Positions 13,611 to 26,369 of a stretch of DNA of 57,030 bases are shown here, one piece after another. Position 1 is the stretch's first letter; each line of letters opens with the position of its first letter. Under the pieces are notes generated by a model, which searched no databases, was not told the DNA's origin, and saw only the letters and a list, made by a program, of their open reading frames with translations. Both the position numbers and the translations under genes were made by a program. The stretch is from Nemertoderma westbladi (taxonomy: Eukaryota; Animalia; Xenacoelomorpha): assembly GCA_032718475.1 (NCBI GenBank), contig JAUCBJ010003651.1, positions 1 through 57,030 on the forward strand. The letters run 5' to 3'.

Positions 13611-16600
13611 GCTTTCAACTGAACCCCTCCTAACTGATACTAACGCTTTTAATTGAACCACTCCTAACTGATACTAACGCTTTTAACTGAACCACTCCTA
13701 ACTGAAACTAACGCTTTTAACTGAACCACTCCTAACTGAAACGAACGCTTTTAACGGAACCACTCCTAACTGAAACTAACGCTTTTATCTGAACCACTCC
13801 TAACTGAAACTAACGCTTTTAACTGAACCACTCCTAACTGATACTGACGCTTTTAACTGAACCACTCCTAACTGAAACTAACACTTTTAACTGAACCTAT
13901 CCTAACTGATACTAACGCTTTTAATTGAACCACTCCTAACTAACTGATACTAACGCTTTTAATTGATCAACTCCTAACTGATACTAACGCTTTTAACTGA
14001 ACCACTCCTAACTGATACTGACGCTTTTAACTGAACCACTCCTAACTGAAACTAACACTTTTAACTGAACCTATCCTAACTGATACTAACGTTTTTAACA
14101 GAACCACTCCTAACTAACTGATACCAACGTTTTTAACTGAACCCCTCCTAACTTATACTAACGCTTTTAATTGAACCACTCCTAACTGATACTAACGCTT
14201 TTAACTGAACCACTCCTAACTGAAACTAACGCTTTTAACTGAACCACTCCTAACTGAAACGAACGCTTTTAACGGAACCACTCCTAACTGAAACTAACGC
14301 TTTTATCTGAACCACTCCTAACTGAAACTAACGCTTTTAACTGAACCACTCCTAACTGATACTGACGCTTTTAACTGAACCACTCCTAACTGAAACTAAC
14401 ACTTTTAACTGAACCTATCCTAACTGATACTAACGCTTTTAATTGAACCACTCCTAACTAACTGATACTAACGCTTTTAAATGATCAACTCCTAACTGAT
14501 ACTAACGCTTTTATCTCAATCACTCCTAACTGAAACTAACGCTTTTAATTGAACCCCTCCTAACTGATACTAACGCTTTTAACTGAACCACTCCTAACAG
14601 ATTCTAACGCTTTTAACTGAACCAGTCCTAACTGATTCTAACGCTTTTATCTGAACCACTCCTAACTAACTGATACCAACGCTTTTAATTGAACCCCTCC
14701 TAACTGATACTAACGCTTTTAACTCAACCACTCCTAACTGAAACTAACGCTTTTAACTGAACCACTCCTAACTGAAACTAACGCTCTTAACTGAGCCACT
14801 CCTAACTGAAAATAACGTTTTTAACAGAACCACTCCTAACTGATACTAACGCTTTTTATTTGAACCACTCCTAACTGATACTAACGCTTTTATCTGAACC
14901 CCTCCTAACTGATAAACTGATACTAAAGCTTTTAACTGAACCCCTCCTAACTGATACTAACGCTTTTAATTGAACCACTCCTAACTGATACTAACGTTTT
15001 TAACAGAACCACTCCTAACTAACTGATACCAACGCTTTTAATTGAACCCCTCCTAACTGATACTAACGCTTTTAACTCAACCACTCCTAACTGAAACTAA
15101 CGCTTTTAACTGAACCCTTCCTAACTGAAACTAACACTTTTAACTGAACCCCTCCTAACTGATACTAACGCTTTTAATTGAACCACTCCTAACTGATACT
15201 AACGCTTTTAACTGAACCACTCCTAACTGAAAATAACGTTTTTAACAGAACCACTCCTAACTGATACTAACGCTTTTTATTGAACCACTCCTAACTGATA
15301 CTAACGCTTTTATCTGAACCCCTCCTAACTGATAAACTGATACTAACGCTTTTAACTTTACCACTCCTAACTGATACTAACGCTTTTAACTGAAACCCTT
15401 CCAACTAACTGATACCAACGCTTTTAACTAAACCACTACTAACTGATACTAATGCTTTTATCTGAACCACTCCTAACTGAAACTAACGCTTTCAATTAAA
15501 CCAATTCTAACTGGTACTAACGCTTTTAACTGAACCACTCCTAACTGATACTAACGCTTTTAACGGAACCACTCCTAACTAACTGATACCAACGTTTTTA
15601 ACTGAACCCCTCATAACTTATACTAACGATTTAATCTGAACTACTACTAACTGATTCTAACGCTTTTATCTGAACCCCTCCTAACTGATACTAACGCTTT
15701 TAATTGAACCACTCCTAACTGATACTAACGCTTTTAACTGAACCCCTCCTAACTGATACTAACGATTTAATCTGAACTACTACTAACTGATACTAACGCT
15801 TTTATCTGAACCACTCATAACTGATACTAACGCTTTTAACTGAACCACTCCTAACTAACTGATACCAACGTTTTTAACTGAACCCCTCCTAACTGATACT
15901 AACGCTTTTAACTCAACCACTTCTAACTGATACTAACGCTTTTAACTTTACCACTCCTAACTGATACTAACGCTTTTATCTGAACTACTACTAACTGATA
16001 CTAACGCTTTTATCTGAACCACTCATAACTGATACTAACGCTTTTAACTGAACCACTCCTAACTAACTGATACTAACGCTTTTAACTGAACCCCTCCTAA
16101 CTGATACTAACGATTTAATCTGAACTACTACTAACTGATACTAACGCTTTTATCTGAACCACTCATAACTGATACTAACGCTTTTAACTGAACCACTCCT
16201 AACTAACTGATACTAACGCTTTTAACTGAACCACTCCTAACTGATACTAACGCTTTTAACTCAACCACTCCTAACTGATACTAACGCTTTTAACGGAACC
16301 ACTCCTAACTAACTGATACCAACGTTTTTAACTGAACCCCTCCTAACTGATACTAACGCTTTTAATTGAACCACTCCTAACTGATACTAACGCTTTTAAC
16401 TGAACCCCTCCTAACTGATACTAACGATTTAATCTGAACTACTACTAACTGATACTAACGCTTTTATCTGAACCACTCATAACTGATACTAACGCTTTTA
16501 ACTGAACCACTCCTAACTAACTGATACCAACGTTTTTAACTGAACCCCTCCTAACTGATACTAACGCTTTTAACTCAACCACTTCTAACTGATACTAACG

Positions 16601-16739
16601 CTTTTAACTTTACCACTCCTAACTAACTGATACTAACGTTTTTAACTGAACCCCTCCTAACTGATACTAACGTTTTTAACTCAACCACTCCTAACTGATA
16701 CTAACGCTTTTAATTGAACCACTCCTAACTGATACTAAC
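13611..16739 (+). repeat. 34-bp tandem satellite, left block (~90 copies)
   Basis: Unit aactgaaccactcctaactgatactaacgctttt; variants with +4 (taac) and point changes. Confidence 0.97.
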
Positions 16740-16992
16740 TCCTGTATTTGACTCTGTATTTCGATGAGGACGCATCTGCCTATGCTGACTGCTACAGCAC
16801 AAACAGACTACCGGATAATTATTATTGTTTAATTATACTCCATTGTTAATTATATTGTTATTGCTAAACTGTATAACTAAACTGTTTACCGTGGACCGGC
16901 GACATACTTTTTATTTGATTTACCGGTACTACAAATTAATTTATATCTGGCACCCTTTGGGCCGATCTGGATTAGTATCTACTACTTTAAGA

Positions 16993-18303
16993 ATGTCGTC
17001 GCAGCGGAAAAGAAACAATAACAGCGATGACAACCATCGTCAAAGTATGTCCTTATCTTCTCGTCGTCTCAGCATTGGAGTTGCAGCTGGGAACCCCAAT
17101 ATAAACGAGCCGAAATCTCAACTACACAAACAATCAAAAGAAGAAAACAAAAGGATAAGCGGGAAATCGTCAAATTTGGTCACAGCAACTACTAAATCGG
17201 TAGCGGATCCCACAGCAAATCGTGACGATGGACTGACTGAGATTGAGGTGAGTTGCTCTGGCTCCAATTGCGATGTATCGATGATTTGCATCGTAAAGAT
17301 AGGGACGGATTTTGGTCGCATCGACTTCTACTGCGGAAAATGTGTTGGTTGTCGTTTATCTAATTTATCAAAGGAAATGGAAGCCTTGGAACTGCGAGTA
17401 GACCACAATATAACAAAACTCCATGGACAAGTAAATGACTTCGATTCTCGATCTATGATCTTGGAGGTACAGATCAAAGATAATAGACGAGCTATGGAGA
17501 ATGCTTTCAAGAACCTTAGGGTTGAGACAGAAAGTAACATCGAAGAGCTACAAAAGAAACACGATGATATAGACCTAGAACTCGAAGATTTAAAATCCGC
17601 TGCCAGTAATCGCACGACTGAAAATACGACTACTAACGGTGATACAACAAGTAATGAAGCTTGGCCATGGAAAAACGTGTCATATTCCCGCTGCAAAAAA
17701 CCAAACAATACAACAAACCTCGCTATACTAACACGGCAACTAAAACACGAAGAATCTGAACAAAATAAACGCAGATCAAATATCGTTATATCCGGTTCCA
17801 GTCCGCAAGATAATGACAAAGATCTTATTATCGACATCGCCTCTACTCTCAATGTCACACTAGAAGAGAACGATATAAACTTTAAACGTGTGGGGAAACT
17901 ACGAGAAAACAACTCGCAACCCGTAGTAGTTACATTACCCCCAGAAAAGCGGGCTAAACTACTACAGAAAGCTCGTGATTTACGTAAATCACAAAGATAT
18001 AACCACATATATATATCGTTAGATCTCACACCAGAAGAAAGTCGTCTGCAATATGACTTACGACAGGAAAGGCGTGCGATGCAATCTAGTCACCCAGATA
18101 AACGCTGGGTCATCTACCGAAACGAAGTGGTTGACTCGGCATCTATTAACAATCTAGGAAAAACCATGAACACAGCTCGGCTAACCAACGATCATAGACA
18201 ACGAACATTCTACAGATCTGACTCATCTTCATTTAGTACCTCCTGTAATATATCCCCAACTACAACAAATCCATCTCAATCACAGGTAATAAATATAGAA
18301 TGA
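16993..18303 (+). CDS. CR1-type ORF1 protein (Cys cluster, coiled coil, RRM/CTD-like region)
   Basis: First ATG 16993; CSGSNC..FYCGKC; heptad-rich segment; RRSNIVISG..RVGK..PVVV..IYISLDLTPEE. Confidence 0.88.
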   Translation: MSSQRKRNNNSDDNHRQSMSLSSRRLSIGVAAGNPNINEPKSQLHKQSKEENKRISGKSSNLVTATTKSVADPTANRDDGLTEIEVSCSGSNCDVSMICIVKIGTDFGRIDFYCGKCVGCRLSNLSKEMEALELRVDHNITKLHGQVNDFDSRSMILEVQIKDNRRAMENAFKNLRVETESNIEELQKKHDDIDLELEDLKSAASNRTTENTTTNGDTTSNEAWPWKNVSYSRCKKPNNTTNLAILTRQLKHEESEQNKRRSNIVISGSSPQDNDKDLIIDIASTLNVTLEENDINFKRVGKLRENNSQPVVVTLPPEKRAKLLQKARDLRKSQRYNHIYISLDLTPEESRLQYDLRQERRAMQSSHPDKRWVIYRNEVVDSASINNLGKTMNTARLTNDHRQRTFYRSDSSSFSTSCNISPTTTNPSQSQVINIE

Positions 18304-18321
18304 CTATATAATCCAATAACA

Positions 18322-19043
18322 AGACCCACGGCACCCAGCGGGTCTCCGGTTCCTGCATCCAGACCCACGGCACACAGCGGGTCTCCGTTCCCTGCGTGTA
18401 GACCCACAGCACCCGGCGGGTCTCCGGTCCCTGCATGTAGACCCACGGCACCCGGCGGGTCTCCGGTCCCTGCATGTAGACTCACGGCACCCAGCGGGTC
18501 TCCGGTTCCTGCGTTCGGACCCACGGCACCCGGCGGGCCTCCGTTCCCTGCATGCAGACCCACAGCACCCGGCGGGTCTCCGGTCCCTGCGTGCAGACCC
18601 ACGGCACCCGGCGGGTCTCCGGTCCCTGCGTGTAGACCCACGGCACCCAGCGAGTCTCCGTTCCCTGCGTGTAGACCCACGGCACCCAGGGGGTCTCCGT
18701 TCCCTGCGTGTAGACCCACGGCACCCGGGGTGTCTCCGGTCCCTGCATGTAGACCCACGGCACCCAGCGGGTCTCCGTTCCCTGCGTCCGGACCCACGGC
18801 ACCCAGCGAGTCTCCGTTCCCTGCGTGCAGACCCACGGCACCCGGCGGGTCTCCGGTCCCTGCGTGTAGACCCACGGCACCCAGCGAGTCTCCGTTCCCT
18901 GCGTGTAGACCCACGGCACCCAGGGGGTCTCCGTTCCCTGCGTGTAGACCCACGGCACCCGGCGGGTCTCCGGTCCCTGCATGTAGACCCACGGCACCCA
19001 GCGGGTCTCCGTTCCCTGCGTCCGGACCCATGGCACCCAGCGG
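18322..19043 (+). repeat. 39-bp GC-rich tandem repeat, ~18.5 copies, encoding (RPTAPxGSPxPAC)n in the ORF1/ORF2 frame
   Basis: Unit agacccacggcacccggcgggtctccggtccctgcgtgt; no stop in this frame from 18304 to 22053. Confidence 0.95.
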
Positions 19044-22000
19044 GTCAAACTCAAACATGAACACCCATAGATCGGACTTACTTATATATAACACACAAGG
19101 TATTATTCGGCTAGATAAACGAAAGAACCTCGCAAATACTCTACTCACGTTAGATTATAATTTCGTGTGTTTATGTGAAACATGGTTAACACCAGATTTT
19201 AATGATAGGGAACTTTTTCTCAGTAAATATAATTTAGTTCGTGCAGAACGACCAGGTAAACCCGATGGTGTATCCTCACATGGTGGTGCTTTAATCGCTA
19301 TCAAATCCGGTATACCATATACCACACTAAACATCAAGGATGAGCTATCCGATAATTTTAATCTCTTAACCAATGCCGTTTGTGCTTGTACTTGTATTTT
19401 AAACAATAGGAAAATAGGGCTTGTATGTATATACAATCCTCCAAGTGAAAGTATATATCGTATTCCAATATCTAATTTTATTATTCTTTTTAACATAATC
19501 AAAAACTGGGAAATAAATCTCAATGATTTAATTATTTGCGGTGACTTGAATCTGCCTAATGTGCATTGGGACTCATTTTTTTCTAGGGATCCATATGAAA
19601 GTGCATTTTTAAATATTTTTGCTGAATTTAATTTTAAACAATACGTTACATTCCCCACGAGAGGTTCAAATACGCTAGACATATTGCTTTCGAACTCTAA
19701 TAACCTAATTGTGGATGTAAATTCATTTTTCGAAGGCTATAATCATTTGAAAACTAATTGTAAATCCGACCACCATCCAGTACAAGTCATACTAAATGCA
19801 GCACCAAAACGTGTTCCAACCATTAACTCAACTAATCGTCATAGTTTCTGTAAACTTGATGTGGGTGTTGCCACAACCATCTGCACAAAGAACCCCTTCA
19901 GCGTAACGGTTGGACCCCATACAATAGAAGACCTAGATAATTTACTCACAAGATGGTACGAATGGATTGGAAAAATAATTGAAGCTAGCGTACCAAGACG
20001 AACTCTCCATCGCTCAATCTTACCACCATGGGTTACCCAACACACCTCACACAAATTACACAAACTGGAAACATTGAAACGCAGAGTTAACAAATACCCC
20101 GAACACAAAAAGCCACCACCATCTCTATTGAATAAACTACGAAATATGGAACACGAAATAAATACGGATCTAGAAACTGACCAGGCTCAACATGAATGCA
20201 AACTAGCCAGTAGTCGCTCTATGCAACAACTCTATAAATACTTCAAATCTTTACGAAACACCAGTGCAATACCACCTCTTGTAACTTATAATGGGTATAC
20301 CGCATGTACACCGGCAGAACAAGCTGACCTTTTTTCCGAATTCTTCCACTCAGTTTACAAAAAGCCAGCAATAAAAACAGCAGCAATTACTCCTCCAACA
20401 TTATCCCCCACTGAGGATCCCTACCACGATAATTTTATTGACGACTACGATGTGTCTGTATCCACTGTACAACTACTCCTAACATCACTAAATGTTACCA
20501 AAGCCAGAGGCCCCGATAACTTACCACCACGTTTCCTCCAACAATTAAGCGTACAACTAGCACCATCTTTAGCTGCATTATTTTTGGTGTTTAAAGACAA
20601 CTGTTACTTTCCACGAGAATGGAAACATGCATCAATATCCCCACGACATAAGAAGGGCAATAGAACTCCAGTACCGCTTTACCGTCCAATATCTCTACTT
20701 GCCATCCCCTCGAAAATTCTAGAACGATGTATCTACATGCCAATTTACAGCCATCTTCGTCCACTTTATCATCGCGCTCAGTATGGTTTTAGAAAAGGCC
20801 GCTCACCTGTTCTTCAACTGCTTGTGGTTTTAGATAAAATATATCACGCTATAGAAAATAATGATTCAAAAATAGAAATAATTTATCTAGACTTTCAAAA
20901 GGCTTTTGACTCAATATCTCATAGTTCGGTGCTACTAAAGTTATGGAAATTAGGAATTCGGGGAAAACTATGGGAAATGATACGTAGCTATCTATCAGAT
21001 AGAACTCAATCAGTGAAAGTTGTGGATGCAGTGTCAAAAACTAAAGATGTTGACAGCGGGACTCCGCAAGGAAGTATTCTAGCAACATTGTTATTCTTAG
21101 TAGAATCGAATGACCTACCGAACATTTGCACACAAACAGACCCTTATCTACTCGCTGACGATTGCAAACTTGTTTCCATATATCCGACAACCAATCCCCC
21201 ACAAATACAAGACGATTTAAATAAATTATCAGTCTGGGGTCAAAGTAACGGTCTTGAATTTAATATCAGCAAATGTAAACAACTTATTTTTCAAGGGCAG
21301 TCCAACGTAAAATTTATTAATAGCCATCCGATAGAACGAACCACCTCAGAAAAAGATCTGGGAGTCACCTTCTCATCGAATATTACCTGGACCGCACACG
21401 TAACTGAAAAATGCAGTAAAGGAAACATGGCCTTCCAACTAATAAAACGTAACTGTGCATCAAATCTTACCGCTCTATCGAAATTAAATATGTACAAATC
21501 TATGATTCTACCGATAATAACCTATGCATCACCATGTTGGTCTCCAAATAAACACGACCTATCACGTATAGAGAGTCTACAACGACGTGCCACTATCTGG
21601 ATACTACGAGATAATGAATCGACCTACACAGATCGGCTCAAATCACTTAACATACTCCCCCTTTCTCTCTACCTACAACTCCTAGATTTGATGACGCTGT
21701 CGAAGATTATCGCTGGAAAATGCGATATCAACTGGGAAGAACACCTCAAACTAAGCAGACCATCAAACCAAAATACTCGTTCAAATGATCGGATCTTATT
21801 TAATGTTGTGCGGCCGAAGAAATGCAAGTCAGAACAAAACTTTTGGTTCCGAGTACCTTACATTGCAAATGTATTACCTAATCGAATCAATTTCACAAAC
21901 CATGTAGGGCTTAAATCTCGTCTGATCGATTTATTTTGGAGGTACTTCATTAAACACTACTCAATTGATATTCCCTGTAGCTGGTCGGTGTGCTGCAGCT

Positions 22001-22056
22001 GCGTCTTGATGAACTGTAGAAATAATAACTCTCGTCTCGATGATTTATACCCATAG
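19030..22056 (+). CDS. CR1-type ORF2 (APE endonuclease + reverse transcriptase), intact; frame open upstream to 18304
   Basis: YNTQG, CETWL, GDLN, SDH (APE); YRPISLL, QYGFRKG, YLDFQKAFD, PQGSIL, LADD, EKDLGV (RT); first ATGs at 19030 and 19057. Confidence 0.93.
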   Translation: MAPSGSNSNMNTHRSDLLIYNTQGIIRLDKRKNLANTLLTLDYNFVCLCETWLTPDFNDRELFLSKYNLVRAERPGKPDGVSSHGGALIAIKSGIPYTTLNIKDELSDNFNLLTNAVCACTCILNNRKIGLVCIYNPPSESIYRIPISNFIILFNIIKNWEINLNDLIICGDLNLPNVHWDSFFSRDPYESAFLNIFAEFNFKQYVTFPTRGSNTLDILLSNSNNLIVDVNSFFEGYNHLKTNCKSDHHPVQVILNAAPKRVPTINSTNRHSFCKLDVGVATTICTKNPFSVTVGPHTIEDLDNLLTRWYEWIGKIIEASVPRRTLHRSILPPWVTQHTSHKLHKLETLKRRVNKYPEHKKPPPSLLNKLRNMEHEINTDLETDQAQHECKLASSRSMQQLYKYFKSLRNTSAIPPLVTYNGYTACTPAEQADLFSEFFHSVYKKPAIKTAAITPPTLSPTEDPYHDNFIDDYDVSVSTVQLLLTSLNVTKARGPDNLPPRFLQQLSVQLAPSLAALFLVFKDNCYFPREWKHASISPRHKKGNRTPVPLYRPISLLAIPSKILERCIYMPIYSHLRPLYHRAQYGFRKGRSPVLQLLVVLDKIYHAIENNDSKIEIIYLDFQKAFDSISHSSVLLKLWKLGIRGKLWEMIRSYLSDRTQSVKVVDAVSKTKDVDSGTPQGSILATLLFLVESNDLPNICTQTDPYLLADDCKLVSIYPTTNPPQIQDDLNKLSVWGQSNGLEFNISKCKQLIFQGQSNVKFINSHPIERTTSEKDLGVTFSSNITWTAHVTEKCSKGNMAFQLIKRNCASNLTALSKLNMYKSMILPIITYASPCWSPNKHDLSRIESLQRRATIWILRDNESTYTDRLKSLNILPLSLYLQLLDLMTLSKIIAGKCDINWEEHLKLSRPSNQNTRSNDRILFNVVRPKKCKSEQNFWFRVPYIANVLPNRINFTNHVGLKSRLIDLFWRYFIKHYSIDIPCSWSVCCSCVLMNCRNNNSRLDDLYP

Positions 22057-22123
22057 ATAACGACTTATATTCTATAATGCTTTATTTAATTAATACAAAT
22101 TTTATTACATTTCACATCCACTC

Positions 22124-22390
22124 TGACCCTTTTAATACGTATTTACTGCATCTCATTTTAAATTTAATATGCATATATTTTATCTCATTTCTACGAAATC
22201 AGAGACCGACCCTTTTATTACGTATTTACTGCATCTCATTTTAAATTTATACGCATATATTTAATCTCATTTTTACGACATCAGAGACCGACCCTTTTAT
22301 TAATACGTATATATATATTTCATCTTATTTTAATACAAATATTTCTATCTAATTTCATATAACATCCTGTCTTCTGACCCTTTTAACTTC
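22124..22390 (+). repeat. Degenerate direct repeats in LINE 3' UTR
   Basis: gacccttttattacgtatttactgcatctcattttaaattt recurs 3-4 times at ~80-105 bp spacing. Confidence 0.7.
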
Positions 22391-22642
22391 ATCGTTTAAT
22401 CTCATAATTAGCACGGCCTTTTTAGACCAATTACATACAGTAATAATTTTAACTCGATGTATTTTAATGTACCTTAAATAATTATTAACTCATATTTTAA
22501 ACTAAGTAATGTATGAAATGTATGTAATGTATCTTTTATGGGGGAAACCCCATCACCATATAATACTATAGTTAAATTGTCTATGCAGTCTTTGTTCAGT
22601 TCTAAGTTATGGTGTAAATTTATATTAATAATAATAATAATA

Positions 22643-25600
22643 ATAACGCTTTTAACTGAACCACTCCTAACTGAAAATAACGTTTTTAACAGAACCACTC
22701 CTAACTGATACTAACGCTTTTTATTGAACCACTCCTAACTGATACTAACGCTTTTATCTGAACCCCTCCTAACTGATAAACTGATACTAACGCTTTTAAC
22801 TTTACCACTCCTAACTGATACTAACGCTTTTAACTGAAACCGTCCCAACTAACTGATACCAACGCTTTTAACTAAACCACTACTAACTGATACTAATGCT
22901 TTTATCTGAACCACTCCTAACTGAAACTAACGCTTTCAATTGAACCAATCCTAACTGGTACTAACGCTTTTAACTGAACCACTCCTAACTGATACTAACG
23001 CTTTTAACGGAACCACTCCTAACTAACTGATACCAACGTTTTTAACTGAACCCCTCCTAACTTATACTAACGATTTAATCTGAACTACTACTAACTGATA
23101 CTAACGCTTTTATCTGAACCACTCCTAACTAACTGATACTAACGTTTTTAACTGAACCCCTCCTAACTGATACTAACGCTTTTAACTCAACCACTCCTAA
23201 CTGATACTAACGCTTTTATCTGAACCACTCCTAACTGAAACTAACGCTTTCAATTGAACCACTCCTAACTGGTACTAACGCTTTTAACTGAACCACTCCT
23301 AACTGAAACTAACGCTTTTAACTGAACCACTCCTAACTAACTGATACCAACGTTTTTAACTGAACCCCTCCTAACTGATACTAACGCTTTTAATTGAACC
23401 ACTCCTAACTGATACTAACGATTTAATCTGAACTACTACTAACTGATACTAACGCTTTTATCTGAACCACTCATAACTGATACTAACGCTTTTAACTGAA
23501 CCACTCCTAACTAACTGATACCAACGTTTTTAACTGAACCCCTCCTAACTGATACTAACGCTTTTAATTGAACCACTCCTAACTGATACTAACGCTTTTA
23601 ACTGAACCACTCATAACTGATACTAACGCTTTTAACTGAACCACTCCTAACTAACTGATACCAACGTTTTTAACTGAACCCCTCCTAACTGATACTAACG
23701 CTTTTAATTGAACCACTCCTAACTGATACTAACGATTTAATCTGAACTACTACTAACTGATACTAACGCTTTTATCTGAACCACTCCTAACTGATACTAA
23801 CGCTTTTAATTGAACCACTCCTAACTGATACTAACGCTTTTAATTGAACCACTCCTAACTGATACTAACGATTTAATCTGAACTACTACTAACTGATACT
23901 AACGCTTTTATCTGAACCACTCCTAACTGAAACTAACGATTTTATCTGAACCACTCCTAACTGAAACTAACGCTTTTAACTCAACCACTCCTAACTGAAA
24001 CTAACGCTTTCAATTGAACCACTCCTAACTGGTACTAACGCTTTTATCTGAACCACTCCTAACTGATACTAACGCTTTCAATTGAACCACTCCTAACTGA
24101 TACTAACGCTTTTAATTGAACCACTCCTAACTGATACTAACGCTTTCAATTGAACCACTCCTAACTGAAAATAACGTTTTTAACTGAACCCCTCCTAACT
24201 GATACTAACGCTTTTAATTGAACCACTCCTAACTGATACTAACGATTTAATCTGAACTACTACTAACTGATACTAACGCTTTTATCTGAACCACTCCTAA
24301 CTGAAACTAACGCTTTTATCTGAACCACTCCTAACTGAAACTAACGCTTTTAACTCAACCACTCCTAACTGAAACTAACGCTTTCAATTGAACCACTCCT
24401 AACTAACTGATACTAACGCTTTTAACTCAACCACTCCTAACTGATACTAACGATTTAATCTGAACTACTACTAACTGATACTAACGCTTTTATCTGAACC
24501 ACTCCTAACTAACTGATACCAACGTTTTTAACTGAACCCCTCCTAACTGATACTAACGCTTTTAACTCAACCACTCCTAACTGAAACTAACGCTTTCAAT
24601 TGAACCACTCCTACGTGATACTAACGCTTTTATCTGAACCCCTCCTAACTGATACTAACACTTTTAACTGAACCACTCCTAACTGATACTAACGATTTAA
24701 TCTGAACTACTACTAACTGATACTAACGCTTTTATCTGAACCACTCCTAACTAACTGATACCAACGTTTTTAACTGAACCCCTCCTAACTGATACTAACG
24801 CTTTTAACTCAACCACTCCTAACTGAAACTAACGCTTTCAATTGAACCACTCCTAACTGATACTAACGCTTTTATCTGAACCCCTCCTAACTGATACTAA
24901 CGCTTTTAACTCAACCACTCCTAACTGAAACTAACGCTTTCAATTGAACCACTCCTAACTGATACTAACGATTTAATCTGAACTACTACTAACTGATTCT
25001 AACGCTTTTATCTGAACCCCTCCTAACTGGTACTAACGCTTTTAACTGAACCACTCCTAACTGATACTAACGATTTAATCTGAACTACTACTAACTAATA
25101 CTAACGCTTTTATCTGAACCACTCCTAACTAACTGATACCAACGTTTTTAACTGAACCCCTCCTAACTGATACTAACGCTTTTAACTCAACCACTCCTAA
25201 CTGAAACTAACGCTTTCAATTGAACCCCTCCTAACTGGTACTAACGTTTTGAACTCAACCACTCCTAACTGATACTAACGCTTTTAACTGAACCACTCCT
25301 AACTGATACTAACGCTTTTATCTGAACCACTCCTAACTAACTGATACCAACGTTTTTAACTGAACCCCTCCTAACTGATACTAACGCTTTTAACTCAACC
25401 AATCCTAACTGAAACTAACGCTTTTATCTGAACCACTCCTAACTGAAACTAACACTTTTATCTGAACCACTCCTAACTGAAACTAACGCTTTTAACTCAA
25501 CCACTCCTAACTGAAACTAACGCTTTCAATTGAACCACTCCTAACTGGTACTAACGCTTTTAACTGAACCACTCCTAACTGATACTAACGCTTTTAACTG

Positions 25601-26078
25601 AACCACTCCTAACTGATACTAACGCTTTTAACTGAACCACTCCTAACTGATACTAACGCTTTCAATTGAACCACTCCTAACTGATACTAACGCTTTTAAC
25701 TGAACCACTCCTAACTGATAGTAACGCTTTCAATTGAACCACTCCTAACTGATACTAACGCTTTTATCTGAACCACTCCTAACTAACTGATACCAACGTT
25801 TTTAACTGAACCCCTCCTAACTGATACTAACGCTTTTAACTGAACCCCTCCTAACTGATACTAACGATTTAATCTGAACTACTACTAACTGATACTAACG
25901 CTTTTAACTGAACCATTCCTAACTGATACTAACGCTTTTATCTGAACCACTCCTAACTAACTGATACCAACGTTTTTAACTGAACCCCTCCTAACTGATA
26001 CTAACGCTTTTAACTCAACCAATCCTAACTGAAACTAACGCTTTTAACTGAACCGCACCTAACTGATACTAACGTTTT
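22643..26078 (+). repeat. 34-bp tandem satellite, right block (~100 copies)
   Basis: Same unit as 13611-16739. Confidence 0.97.
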
Positions 26079-26369
26079 CTCTGTCAATAATCATGGTAGT
26101 AGGATCACCGGGGCCCTCGACAATGTCGTACTGTTCAACACCTTCGTCTAATTGCTCGAAGGTCTCCAATATATCGCAATCTCGATCGAGGTCAACATCA
26201 TGAAAGAAATCTTCGATATATTCGTCGGCGTCAGTCCAATCCTGTGGGCCTCCGGTTGATGGCGACGGCAATCGGTCCAACGGTTTATGTACCCGAAGTA
26301 TTCTCTATGAAATTTACATTAAGGTATTTAAATGATGAAATATACTACTAAGATTGGCATGCTGCATTG

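Larger units (their letters stand above)
16740..22646 (+). mobile_element. Full-length CR1-like LINE inserted in the 34-bp satellite
   Basis: ORF1 + intact APE/RT ORF2, 3' UTR with hairpin, (TAA)n tail; satellite resumes in register at taac|gctttt. Confidence 0.93.

Noticed and set aside
18276-19148. Minus-strand 290-aa Gly-rich, collagen-like ORF and the WVPW ORFs
   Set aside because: Antisense by-products of the 39-bp repeat; Gly spacing is not strict Gly-X-Y
13611-26078. 34-bp repeats as a CRISPR array
   Set aside because: Contiguous monomers with no unique spacers, no cas genes, eukaryotic context
26059-26280. 73-aa acidic minus-strand ORF at the satellite edge
   Set aside because: TTG start, ends inside the satellite, no motif
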